Positions 12,861 through 25,491 are shown, numbered from the stretch's first letter. The stretch: 64,000 bases of DNA from Octopus sinensis (GCF_006345805.1 NC_042999.1:91202001-91266000); one strand, 5' to 3'. Translations and numbers: made by a program. Notes: a model not told the origin generated them from the sequence alone.

Positions 12861-12950
<90 letters not shown>

Positions 12951-12989
12951 AAGAAGAAGAAGAAGAAGAAGAAGAAGAAGAAGAAGAAG
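12747..12989. repeat. Compound (AAC)(GAT)(GAC)(AAT)(AAG) trinucleotide array
   Basis: Direct observation. Confidence 0.95.
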
Positions 12990-14345
12990 ACCACCTACCT
13001 CTCTGACCTTGCACATTAGCAAAGTCATGGAACGAATAGTCAGAACAAAACTAATCCCCTTTCTTGACGAGATTGACTTGCTGACTGACACCCAACATGG
13101 TCTCCGACCTGGAAGAAGTTGTCTGACTCAGCTCTTACATCACTATGACTGGGTGTTGAAACAGCAGCTCAAATGCTCAAATGTGGAAGTGATATATCTC
13201 GACTTTGCAAATGCCTTCGATAAAGTCGATCATGGAAGCTGTGTGATCTCAGCATAGTCGGAAAATTGGGAGCATGGCTGCATGACTTTCTGAAGGATAG
13301 CAGTCAGGTTGTAGAATCCAATGGAGCCACCTCCAGTGACACGCAAAGCACTGTTTTTGGGACCACTACATTTCATAATGGCCCTCTCAGATATGCCCTC
13401 AGCCACAGAGAGAGCCACGATCACAAGTTATGCAGATGGTACAAAAGTCTCAAAGGTGATACAGAAGAGACTATGCACCTGCAATGTCAGTTGGATGAAA
13501 TATACAAGTAGGCTGAAAAGAATAGCATGCAGGTTAATGCTGAAAAGTTTCAAGCCTTGTGCTATGAGTATGCAAAACTAAATGCAATACCAGTTAAATA
13601 CACTGGACCTAGAGATATTGCAATCTCAGAGACACAGTCAGTGTGATACCTGGGTATTTACATGAGTAATCATGCATCCTTCCATGTGAATGTTGCTAAG
13701 TTGGCAATGAAATGCAGGCGGCTGACCGGATGGATTCTTAGAACTTTTAGAACAAGAGATCGGAAAACCATGACGGTCCGCTGGAGGACGCTTGTCCTAA
13801 GCCACTTTGACTATTACACCCAGCTATGGCCACCAACCAGTGTCAAATTAATTGCAGAACTTGAGGCAATCCAACGAAGCTACACGAAGAAGATATCCTC
13901 TATGCAGCATATAAGCTACTGGGAAAGACTCAAGAGATTAAGACTCCACTCCTTTGAGCGTAGGCGGGAAAGATATTACCATAATATACATCTGGAAGAT
14001 CCTTGAGGGATTTGTCTCAAACTTTGGCATCGAGAGTTACACTAATACTAGAACAGGGTACCTCTGCATAGTACCAAGGACTACAAATTTGCCATCAATA
14101 TATAGGACAATATACTGCAACAGCCTCGGCTTTAGGAAGCCACAGTTCTTCAATATCCTCCTGAAGGATCTGACAGACCTGCACGGGGTGGATGTAGGTG
14201 TTGTCAAAACAAAACCGGACATCTTACTGTTAAGCGTTCCAGATGAAACAACTTCACAGCAGGAGGTGCAGATAAGGGCAGCGGCATCAAACTCCCTCAT
14301 GCACCAAATGTAATTTTTTTAAAAGAAACAGTGAAGTAAAATTAT
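12990..14345 (+). mobile_element. CR1/L2-group LINE reverse transcriptase pseudogene, 5'-truncated
   Basis: QHGLRPGRSCLTQLL, IYLDFANAFDKVDH, LGPLHF, YADG (degenerate YADD), LEAIQRSYTK...YWERLKRLRLHSFERRR; frameshifted. Confidence 0.9.
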
Positions 14346-14354
14346 GTAGTGGCT

Positions 14355-14805
14355 GACGATATGTGCATCCCTGATGAAGAAATACAGAGAAGAAAATACT
14401 CTTAGACTAATTGTTACAAGTGTTCCCACTGATAAAAATATATCTGTAAAGGATTTTGACATATGTAGTAAATATAAGGACCTGGGAATTGAAATACAAA
14501 AGATGTGGCATCTTAAAGTGAGAATGGTTCCTGATATTGTGGGTGCCTTTGGTAAGATAGGAAAGGGGTGTCAGATAATATCCCTGGAGAATCATGCCTC
14601 AGAGAAATCCAAAAGATTGTGCTGGCAAGTATTACCAACATCGGTAGAAAAGCACTATACATTTAAATGTACGAGTTTTATTACATGAAGATATTCACTT
14701 TCCCCCACCAAGCTTTCAGTCATGCTGTAACGTCTCTTATCCTTCAATCGCCCAAGGACGTTGTGTGTCTCGGCGAGTGATTGTAGCAAACATGCAGATT
14801 AAAAG

Positions 14806-14807
<2 letters not shown>
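14355..14807 (+). mobile_element. R4/Dong-like RLE 3' fragment (third family)
   Basis: SVPTDKNISVK...KYKDLGIEIQKMWHLKVRMVPDIVGAFG; 3' UTR then (TAA)n 14807-14875. Confidence 0.8.
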
Positions 14808-14854
<47 letters not shown>

Positions 14855-14875
14855 TAATAATAATAATAATAATAA

Positions 14876-15130
14876 TGTTCAATGGTCAATTGACAGGGTT
14901 TACACTGTGCCAAGAATTATTTGTATCCTTACTACAGTAAATAAACAAATTGAAAAGTGATTGGAAAATTTAGGAATAAAAATGGAAGTAGAACACATAG
15001 AAAACAGTACTACTTAGCAATACAAGGAAACTCCACAAAGTCCTAGAGACTTAACAAGGGCGTACGACCTAAGTTTAAAGGAAGCTGATACACCTACAGC
15101 GAATAAATCTCCAGTATACCAGTTGTCATC
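14876..15130 (+). mobile_element. Short degenerate R4/Dong-like 3' end
   Basis: Resembles the C-terminus and 3' UTR of 7085-8636 (LENLGIKMEVEHI); starts after (TAA)n and ends in TAA repeats. Confidence 0.6.
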
Positions 15131-15639
15131 ATAATAATGATAATAATATACCTCCTCGTCTATACCTCCTCGTCTATACCTCCTTGTATTGTTATACGAG
15201 GAGGTATAGACGAGACAAAAGGAAATTAAATATGTGGATATCACAGTTTCTGGGTAATAAAGCAACATGAAATTGGTATTTCTATGCAGCCAACATCAGA
15301 AGACCGGTTATTACTAACTCAAATTGGAAGACAAAAATTGTATGTATATTGTAGACATACTTGAAGGGACGTTGATATCATATATTTCAACTTTCTATTT
15401 TATTTTTTCAGTTCCCATTTTAGGTTGAAGTTACAACGATACAAAGTGAAGTACAATGAAAATACATAATGTTATATATGCAATATGTTGCAGAAGTAAT
15501 GTGATAACATGTTTGCATTAAAAAAAAGATGGTGATGCATCTAGATAATTGCCATCAATTATATAGTGTACCGTATGGTTTTTAATAGCATAACGGCCCC
15601 ATGACGATCATCGATAGCCATTAGGATTAATATCCACTG

Positions 15640-15863
15640 TATAGATATATTACATGTGTGTGTATATGTATGTGTGCGTGTGTGTATAGCATATATATAC
15701 AGCACACATATAGAGAAGGGGGAATACATGCGTGCAGATTTAGCTATATACGCGCATATATATATATATGCGTGTGTATGTGTGTGTGTGTATGTATGTA
15801 TGTGTGTATGTATGTATGTATGTGTGTGTGTATAGAGATAGATAAATAGATAGATAGATAGAT

Positions 15864-15904
<41 letters not shown>

Positions 15905-15905
15905 C
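15640..15905. repeat. Compound TG/TA/GATA/CA microsatellite
   Basis: Direct observation. Confidence 0.9.
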
Positions 15906-16735
15906 ATGTATTATAGCAAGTCATAAAAAGCAGCAATATGACTTAATGAAGATATTTGCCCGAACAAGCACAATTGTTGGCATCCCATTGGATCCCAATT
16001 GCTACCCATATACGAATTCTAAACTTTCGTCAAAGAAACCTTTCACGAAATACGGTTCTTAGAATTCGGATATGAGCAGTTATAAAAACCCTAATTTGGG
16101 GGAAATTACTCAGTGATCGTAAGATGCTACAAAACTCCACGACACTCACAACAGTGATCGAAGGATGTTACTAAACTCCACGACACTCTCTCCTTGAGAT
16201 ATTGGCTATTTTTTATGCCATGTCTATGGCTTAAATCCAACAACACTTAATTGAATTGTTGTGAACTCTGCTGGTTACTACGAAGGATTAGCTAGTGTGA
16301 ATTTTAAGTTATAACTCTCTACGACAAAATGACTTTGCTTTTTAATTGAATTATGAATATTAAATGTACATAAATAAACTAATGTAGTAATTATTTTCTC
16401 TTTCTTCACGTTCTTCAACTTGTTAATGAAATTTATTTCTGCAATTATGAAGCTTTGTATTTTTTATAGCGGTTAAAAGAACACGAATTTATTTATCTTC
16501 AACATACATTCACGCATAAAAATGTCCATTAGAATTTCAGAGTATATTTCTCGCTATGGCGTTTATGTAGCCGGAGATAGGATTTATGTATAATGATAAC
16601 AATTATAAGTAAGTTATAAATGACGTGTTTATCAATTTCTATTTCTATTTCAAAAGTAAAATATATTTACTATCTATTTCCAAATAGGAAACATATAAAA
16701 GTAGTGTTACACAAACAGTAACCAAACCGGCTATA

Positions 16736-16997
<262 letters not shown>

Positions 16998-17000
<3 letters not shown>

Positions 17001-17486
17001 CATTCAAATATATAAGGAATGGCCATAATAGGACATTCAACTCACTAGAAAGAGCAGCCAAACTCCAAACCACTAATAGTTGTAATTCTGAAATGGAAAG
17101 AAATAAAAAACGTTTACCATTTCCCTCTCTGCATGCTTATTATTGCCTCGTGTATATATGTTCAGTCCTTGGCTTCTCTGCTGATGAGGCACGCCAGTTG
17201 TAAATGAATTTAATTTAATTAATTTATTTACTAAAGTTCGCCGAAACTATGCATAGTCCAGAGAGGGAAATGGTAAACGTTTTTATTTCTTTCCATTTCA
17301 GAATTACAACTATTAGTGGTTTGGAGTTTGGCTGCTCTTTCTAATGAGTTGAATGTCCTATTATGGCCATTCCTTATATATTTGAATGTATATTATATAG
17401 TCTATTGACTATCTTTTCTTTCTCACTTGACCGCTTGTAGCGAAGAATTTTTCTAGAATTTTTTTGCTACCCTTAAATTTATTGAT
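16998..17486 (+). mobile_element. Retrozyme-like element with inverted 5' arm
   Basis: Homologous to the 465-bp unit at 39333-40310; 16998-17131 is the near-perfect reverse complement of 17259-17392. Confidence 0.8.
17174..17265 (+). ncRNA. Type I hammerhead ribozyme (predicted cleavage after GUC 17256-17258)
   Basis: Stem I TTCTCTG/CAGAGAG; CTGATGA 17181-17187; stem II GGC...GCC with distal GTAAAT/ATTTAC; GAAA 17243-17246; stem III C-TATGCATA-G; GUC. Confidence 0.8.
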
Positions 17487-17538
<52 letters not shown>

Positions 17539-17567
17539 GAGATGGGTAGATATATAGATAGAGACGA

Positions 17568-17627
<60 letters not shown>

Positions 17628-17635
17628 GTACACAC
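17487..17635. repeat. (TA)n(GA)n(GATA)n microsatellite
   Basis: Direct observation. Confidence 0.95.
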
Positions 17636-18749
17636 ACATAAAGAGATGAGTAAAAAATGGATTGGACGACATTCTTTATCACTACAATTGTTTCTACACA
17701 GCGTCACACCCATCGTACATTGGTGAGTAAGATGATGTAATCTGCATATAGAATAATCATTACCATCCATCGAAGCTGTAAGAAGTATTTCTTTAAGTCA
17801 TAATTTTGAATAATTTCGTCATTTGATCAGACTGCCATTTCATTCTGTACAAGAATTAATACCCAGTGCAGTATGCTATTTCAACAATTGGCAGAAAAAA
17901 ACTAAGCAGACAAAACAAAGTATAATCAAAATGCAAATACAAAAGCAAAGAAGCGAAAACCGAAAAAAACCATGTCCAGTGGACCACTCGATGCAATTCC
18001 ATCCCTTCGGTCAGAATATAAGGAAGAAAAAGAAAAAAGAAATATAGAATTAAAGTAAGCTTTAATAATAATGTAATAATGTGATAAAGACCGACCATTT
18101 CTTGTTCTTTTCAACTATCTGCTAGAAAGGGATCTAAAGTACTCTTGCAACAGGTATTTGGCTCCACTCCACCCCAGAATTTGTAACTATACAAAGTTAA
18201 TTTTTGACTATCTATCTTGTTATATTTTAAAGCCATTAGGGAAAACTAGTTACGAGGTAAATGCTCCTTAACATATATAAATACATATTTTTTCATATAT
18301 CCTAATACGAGGTCGAATATGTAGTTTGTTTACATATAATTTCACACCACACACACACACATATCTATTTTATATAGTCTCACAGATATACTTCATACAT
18401 CCATTCGTACTAATTTTACTATTTATATTAATATTAATAAATATTAATATACGTTGAGGTCTAAGTCTATGGGCAACGGAAATCCACTACAATGTTGAAT
18501 GACAAGAATTTGCTTGCATAGGTCTAGATAGTTTTATGTAACTATTCTTATCTACTCAAACACATTCACAATTAGTTATTAATATATGTAATCTATGTAG
18601 TAGATGCATAAATATTCTGTTCTTCAATCAACCGATATTAATACACATATTGATGCTTGGCAACAAATATGTCTACAACATTGAACCATAGAAATGCATA
18701 CAACTGTATTTACCAAGGAAAATTAGAAAATTCACAGTCGAGACGTTGA

Positions 18750-19680
18750 TCAAAAAGATGAAGTAAAGGAAAAACAGAAATAAACACAATATAATGAAGT
18801 AAGCAGCAGATTGCATCAACAGAGTGTTAGATATCAATTTTTTTTTACCGAGCGGCACAAGAAAGCATTTAAGACTGTAGTTGCATCTAGTAACTAAAAT
18901 GGAGTGCTTATTCACAAACTTAACTGTGCACGTTAAAATGCATGTCAAACTATATTGTATATTTTCTTCCTTGAGGATCTTAAACCATGTCAGCAAAGGA
19001 CGTGCAATGTCTTTTGTTGATACTTTTAACCAATGCAATGTGACTACGATATTGGTATTTGAAGTAATCCGCGATCGCAGTAATATATGCAAATGCACCT
19101 GCTTCTCTTCTCAGTGAATATTTGCATATCATGTTCTTACGAAGGCATTCATTTCTCAGAAGACAAGCGTCTCCGTCATTACAATTACATTTTTTTACCA
19201 CATATTTTCTACTTGTTGGCAACTAAGCTTTTTCCTACTTCAAATTTTCCTTTTATTGTTACTGTGGTTATTACTAATGCTGTTTATATTTCCTCCATGA
19301 CTATCATTGTTGTTTCTAGTATTACATTACTGTTACTGAAAGTTTCAGCATTTTCATTATAACTTACGTTATTTTTGCAATCGTCTATATTATTATTTAT
19401 ATTGGAATTATTTGGACGGGTTTTATCAGAATCCTTATTTATGGGATTTTTCCAACTTTCCCCCTACTATTAGTATTCGTAATCTCCTGGTTTAGCTTCT
19501 TATTAGTGCGTCTATAAATGTGGTATTTTAAGTTATATGGGATTGCGTATGATAATTTCCTCGTATATTTATTAACAATATTTTGATGCGTAGTAGAATT
19601 AGCAAAATGCCTATCTGATAAAGTAAAAATATCTCTGGCAATCTTGAATGACACGTGTTATCCAAAGATTGCATTTTATA
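18750..19680 (-). pseudogene. Penelope-like element C-terminal/GIY-YIG remnant
   Basis: IFTLSDRHFANSTTHQNIVNKYTRKLSY and CNCNDGDACLLRNECL...YITAIADYFKYQYRSH resemble the PLE linker/GIY-YIG consensus (FL.LIDKHF...KIFNRN.VK.SYS; CNC...CPL.G.CL...YIG.T...FK.RY..H). Confidence 0.7.
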
Positions 19681-19987
19681 CTTATTGTTCGGTGTATTAT
19701 GACCGGTATAATCAGTGATATATATATATATATATATGGGGGGGGGTATCAGTTGTATTCAAAATTAAAGCTTAGGCAGGAGACTCTAAGGTGTAGTATC
19801 CAAACCTTGTTAAGGGAATATCCCTTGTAGTGTGCCTGCAGAGCACGTTCACCACTTTTCGGATACCATGCGTCATCCGGAGTATGCACTTTCGTTACTG
19901 GATGTACGTAAAGAATTCCTCGGTGCAAATTGAATGTTTTCTAAATCATTAATACGGAAGACAGAGTGTACATGAAGCTTTATTTAG

Positions 19988-20090
19988 GACAACGGTCGTT
20001 TCGGCTTATTTCTGCACTGCTCCCTAGTGGGAGGGAAATGATGTAATGGAATCGAATGGACCCATATTACAGAAGAAGCCTCTTCAAGCC
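19988..20090 (-). ncRNA. Degenerate HHR-like motif upstream of the PLE remnant
   Basis: Minus strand TTGAAGA-GGCTT(C)TTCTGTA...TGCAGAA(AT)AAGCC-GAAAC-GACC-GTT; C3 is U and stem I is only 3 bp. Confidence 0.4.
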
Positions 20091-20423
20091 ACTTGAAGCG
20101 CTTCAGTGTAATAAGATGTACATTTCGCTGATATGTATGGGAAGATGATGTTTGTTCATATGCATGTTAGTAGTTCACCAATAGATTAATGAGGCAGGGT
20201 TTGTGGTGTATATTTAGGGAGTGGTTGTTCAAGAACATGTAAAATAATTGTAAAGAATAGATGGGAAGGACGGAATAGTTTTTCAATGAAAAGGGTTCAA
20301 GGTTGTAGAGTGTTTTGATGGTTAGTGGCAATGTATATATATATATATATACATGGGCAACACACACACACACACGTACGTACGTACACCTATTGCATAC
20401 ATGTCTTTTGTACGCGTACATGT

Positions 20424-20459
<36 letters not shown>

Positions 20460-20669
20460 ATGCTTGATGAAGTGTACAACACAGAAAGTATAGTGTGTAT
20501 AAGTTATTTTGTTAGTGAGTGTGAAGAAAGAGAGATAGAGAGTGATAATTTCGTTTTTTTTAGTGAGTGATTGACAGACAAAAGGAGAGGGGTTGTAATG
20601 TATGCATTTATGTGTAAATGGCTTCAGTCACACACACACACATCCTACCTGTTATACATATACAGATAT

Positions 20670-20731
<62 letters not shown>

Positions 20732-20732
<1 letters not shown>

Positions 20733-21031
20733 AAATTAGTAATGCAATACGAAAGTATTGCCTTTCCAGTAAAGAATAGCCCGTGAGGGAAAATTATACA
20801 TAGAAGTAAATATATGGCACAACGAAGTACCGATATTTACTGGAAATAGCGAACGTAATAATACGACGCTAATGTATAGCTTCACCCCGTATGTACTAGC
20901 AAAAATGCGTGAGTGCAACAAATTTGGAAAAAATGTCTTACCTCCAGGGAGAACATAATACATTAGCGTCGTATTATTACGTTCGCTATTTCCAGTAAAT
21001 ATCGCTACTTCGTTGTGCCATATATTTACTT
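20732..21031. mobile_element. Fold-back element: 74-bp inverted repeats, 80-bp spacer, inside (TA)n
   Basis: 20804-20877 vs 20958-21031, one mismatch by eye. Confidence 0.85.
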
Positions 21032-21703
21032 ATATATATATATATATATATATATATTTGGTGCCCAGAAACTATTGCGTTCAATACTACTATTCAGTAC
21101 TAAATGGTTCATTACCTTCGGCATTTCTATCAATGCCACTGTTCCAAGTATCCAATTCCTTGCGATACGCCTATCTACAGTCTATGGTTGATGTGTTAAG
21201 ATTCAGTTATTAGTTTCTAAGTTCTATGTCAAGTCAAACAGCCAAATAGTCAAGAGGTTCATTACGACTGACATTTATCCAATATACCGTAGTGATATAA
21301 CATTTTGCTTGAATAATTAATGAAGGCTGAAATGCATAATGAAAAGTCGTTAGAGGCAGTCGGACAATAAAACTAACACAGTTTTAGAAATGAAAAGCAG
21401 AATTTTGTTTTTAAATAAACATTTGTGGCTGATAATAATTTTTGATGTGTGCCATCGTTTCGCAACTAACACATCCAATTACTAGCAAATTTTCACAGGT
21501 TTTTTTTCCATTGATGGACATGATAATTTTTTCACTGTCGATTTTCATATGTGAGAAATTATTGAAAATAGAAAACTTAATTTTGTTGAATCAGTAATTC
21601 ATACGAAAACATTTAGGGCGTTTTAATTGTTCAGCAAGTGATTTGATCTATGACCGGATGCTGAAACTGAATCTATAACATCTAGTAATTTAACAACAGT
21701 TGA

Positions 21704-22020
21704 GGCGAAATGACAAGTGGTTAGGGCAGTTGGACTCGCGGTCGGAAGATCGCGGCTTCGATTCCCAGATTTGGCGTTGTGTGTGTTTATTGAGCAAAAA
21801 CACCTAAAGCTCCACGACGCTCCGGCAGGAGGTGGTGGCGACCCCTGTTGTACTCTTTCGCCCTAAGGTTCTCTCATTCTTTCTTCCTGTTTCTTGAGTA
21901 ACGCTGCGATGGACTGGCGTTCTGTCCAGCTGGGGGGCACACATACGCCACAGAAACCGGAAAACTGGCCTATGAGCCTGGCTAGGCTTGAAAAGGGCGC
22001 ATAAACAAATAAAAAAATTA
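21704..22020 (+). mobile_element. tRNA-derived SINE family C with V-domain-like core
   Basis: tRNA-like head (AGTGGTTAGG...GGCTTCGATTCC); CTGCGATGGACTGGCGTTCTGTCCAG 21904-21930 resembles the V-SINE domain; A-rich tail. Confidence 0.8.
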
Positions 22021-22927
22021 ACAATATACACATACGCATACATATCTACAAACACATACACACACACAAACGCTACGCACACACAACACCTGTGAAATTC
22101 ACTTTAAATTTATTTTATGAGGTAACAAAATTTTGGTCATACCACTGTAGTTTGGTTACTGATATACTTCGACTGCTACACTGTATAACTGAGGAAACGT
22201 AGAATTGTACTAGCAGTCAGGTGAAGGCTGTGTGACTAAAGTTTTAACGCCTCATATTAGCAAAATTACTTATTTTCTGTGTGCTTGTAAGAGGTTAGAA
22301 TGCATCTACGATGTGGGAAAATATTCATGTCTCAGATTATGTTTTCTTACAAGTTTATTGTTCAGTGTGTCATATGCAATAACAAAACTGAAATTCTCTT
22401 CGTTTTTCTGCGTTAATATTCGGACAAGTATTTTTTCGTAATATGTAGCGGATTTATAGAACGTGCCAATCAAAGAGAGGCTTATATTAGCATTCAAATA
22501 CAGTAAGTTGCTTTGTAGTTTTATGATTTTAATGTTATTGCTTATCTTTGGGTCAGCTCGGATCAAGGAGACGTATTTGTCGATCTTAGTTTTGACAGAA
22601 AAATCTATTTCAGAGGCGCAATCGATCTCATTGGCATTTGAACGCTTATATAACGTTATGAAAGAACATTTAATGTCCATAAATTAGGAACTGCTGTCTG
22701 TGATAACTATTTCTTAGCCAGATTATCGATTGTGGGTATTATAACATCAACAAGTGTTCGGTTTACTGCTGTAAAATATATCATTTAATGTTTAAGTAAA
22801 TAAATAAACCCCAAGAATTTGGCTTGGAACTACGTTTTCTAACGCATTTTTAATCGTCACACATCTATCATGCAATCTGAGTCCGAGTTACACGTGTCTG
22901 AGAACAACAGCTATATCTCTGTATTGC

Positions 22928-22946
22928 TGTCGTCGTCGTCGTCGTC

Positions 22947-22988
<42 letters not shown>

Positions 22989-23056
22989 CTTCTTCTTCTT
23001 CTTCTTCTTCTTCTTCTTCTTCTTCTTCTTCTTCTTCTTCTTCTTCTTCTTCTTCA
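22928..23056. repeat. (GTC)(GTT)(CTT) compound trinucleotide array
   Basis: Direct observation. Confidence 0.95.
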
Positions 23057-23714
23057 GCTCAAGATTTATATTGTAATATGGGTAAGGTTGGATAACTAGT
23101 GTGGTATGCATGTTTATTTCCCCTCATCAAATTTGCTTTCTCTTCCCTAGCATACAACAACGGTCGGAAAGAGTATTTATTTTGCCTCTGTCAAGTCCGT
23201 TTTTGCATATCTGTGAAGTTTGGTTACGGCTGCAAAGGAAACAAGTTAGATTTTGCAATAAGTGGCGTTTCTAAGCAATACTTGCAGCAAATGGTGTTCC
23301 TATGCAATATTTGCAGCTAATGAGATTGCTTATGCTAGTGTGGGATCTGTAGTATTGTTATGCCATGTTTTAGATCAGTCAATGTATTTTATAACTCATA
23401 TATATATATGCAGTGCCGTCGAGTGTGAAAATGTATTTTTCTGCTGTAACTACTCGCCTCACAAGTACAGGTGATCTTTTATTTAAAGTAACTTTGTTTT
23501 ATTGTGTAATGAATATTGTCTGAATTCAGCATACAATTATTCCAATTTTTATCTCATTTCATCAACAGGCATTTTATTTTCATCTTGAGTTTAGTTAATA
23601 TTGCTATCATGATATGCTAGTGAGGCAAGATAACATACCTCCTTTGTTAACAAAGAGTTAAGCCTTCATGTCGCTTCCAGTACAATGTATTATATACACT
23701 GTTTTTGTTCTTCT

Positions 23715-24128
23715 AATGACATGTTTCAGTCATTAGATTGTGGTCATGCTGGGGCACAGCCTTGAACAATTTGTTTTGGTCGAATGAATTGATCCTAACA
23801 CTTATTTTAAGCCTGGTACTTATTCTATTGACATTTCTTGCCGAACCACTAACTTACGGAGACATAAACACACCAACACCGGTTGTCAAGCGATAGAGGG
23901 GGACAAACACAGACACCCGCGTGCGTGCGCGCACACACACACATGCACGAATGCACACACACATATATAAATAGATACACACAGATCTACGGGCTTCATT
24001 CTGTTTTCGTCTGCGAATCCACTCACAAGGCTGTGGTCGACCTGAGGTTATAACAGTGGGGTTGTGGGGCTGAAACCGGAACCATGCAGTTCGGAAGCAA
24101 GCTTGTTACCATTCAACCACGCCTGCGT
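23715..24128 (-). mobile_element. SINE family B, near full length
   Basis: Reverse complement matches 32168-32662 across head, internal CA run and tail. Confidence 0.85.
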
Positions 24129-24289
24129 CAATGGATGTTTAATGTATTATAATAAATAAATGTGAACGAGTGTATATATTTATATATATTTGTGTGCGTG
24201 TGCTTGTGTGTGTGTGTTCTAAGGACATAGTTTACAAGTAAACACCAAATCCTCCTCTTGAGACAAAGACTTCAAATGGCTTCCAGATG

Positions 24290-24570
24290 ACTTCTAAACC
24301 TTGAAACTCCTTTGGACGCCACAACAAATCTAACTATCACTCCCTTAGTCATTCATACCAACAATGTAAACGGCAAATCCTTAACCTACAACCTTCGCTG
24401 GACTATCTTCTCTAAACCCAGATCCTATTCCGGAAACGGAAAATCATGTGCTTTGTGCCAGCCGAAAAGCATTGGAAATAATATTCATCAGATTCTTCTG
24501 ACAAAAATCTTGGAACGGAGTCTAAGCATCCATACATCATACAAAACTTGTAGACATTGTAGAGTGTAGG
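24290..24570 (+). pseudogene. PLE GIY-YIG C-terminal remnant
   Basis: LTYNLRWTIFSKPRSYSGNGKSCALC...TCRH resembles the PLE W.I...A..Y....K.C.LC...CRH motif. Confidence 0.7.
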
Positions 24571-24676
24571 GCGATTCAAACCGTTTATGCGTATCAATGT
24601 ACATGAACAAACAAACACATACACACACACACGCGCGTGCATGCACAAACACACACACATGCATGCACAAACATGT

Positions 24677-25452
24677 ATAGGAGGTTTGATCAATGAGTTT
24701 CCGGACTGTTGCCATACTAACGAAGTTTTACCATTCTAGCTTCCTTACTTTGTTTTTGCTTGGAAGGGTGTGTAGAGTGTGATCGTCGCATTGACCATAA
24801 CAGAAGTTGTCATGGTGATACTTGCTGAGAGGCCTACGCAATGTTGCAGAAAGTGTATGGAGAGGGTGTATGAGCTGCACACAAGTGTACGAGTGGATCA
24901 GATGTTTCCAATATAGCCAAATACATGTCGATATTGACGAACTGTAAAAAACATTGCAGATGTGCGTGCACCTGTGAGGGAAAATCGTCGAATCACCATC
25001 CGCGAGTTATCAGATTAGTTACGGTTCAGTTCAATCCATTATCACTGAAGATATGATTACGAGACACGTACCTGCCAACTTTGTGCCAAAACCGCTTTCA
25101 GCTGACCAAAAGGACACTCGGGTGTCAGTTGCGCAAGATCTCGATAGTGTCGAGAAGAATGAAAATATTTTGAAAACTTTGCGTAGACCACTGATCAAGT
25201 ATCGCCAAGCTTTTGGCAAAATTGATGCAAATTCTCTGCTCAACTTCCTCTGCTATGGTCAATGCGGAGATCACATGTTACACGACTTCCTTCTAAGCAT
25301 TGCTCTAAACAATGGATGTGAGCTAGAATGTTAAAACTTAGTGCGTATGCACACCAGAGTTCAAGAGCAATATGTGCTAAGCAGCTTTACTCTGAATGCT
25401 TTAGCTTCGTCACTATGGCAACTGTCCGGATACTTATTTATCAGACCATGTA
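24677..25452 (+). mobile_element. mariner remnant made of two inverted left ends
   Basis: TIR TTTCCGGACTGTTGCCATA at left and TATGGCAACTGTCCGGATAC at right; 5' transposase (FVPKPLSADQKDTRV) on plus; 25180-25452 is an inverted 5' end (EVEQRICI...KLGDT). Confidence 0.75.
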
Positions 25453-25464
25453 TATTACACATGT

Positions 25465-25491
25465 ACATGTATGTGTGTGTATGTGTGTGTT

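Noticed and set aside
12625-13257. 210-aa ORF as a novel poly-Arg RT fusion protein
   Set aside because: Trinucleotide array read in frame into a 5'-truncated, frameshifted LINE RT
16111-16190. Two about 37-bp direct repeats as a CRISPR-like array
   Set aside because: Only two adjacent diverged copies, about 5-nt spacer, eukaryotic context, no cas genes
22306-22687. 124-aa minus ORF and overlapping plus ORF (faint hAT dimerisation-like FGS)
   Set aside because: No convincing motif; could be chance in AT-rich DNA; needs BLASTX
23140-23330. Exon after the polypyrimidine tract TTCTCTTCCCTAG
   Set aside because: No recognisable product in any frame and no clear donor
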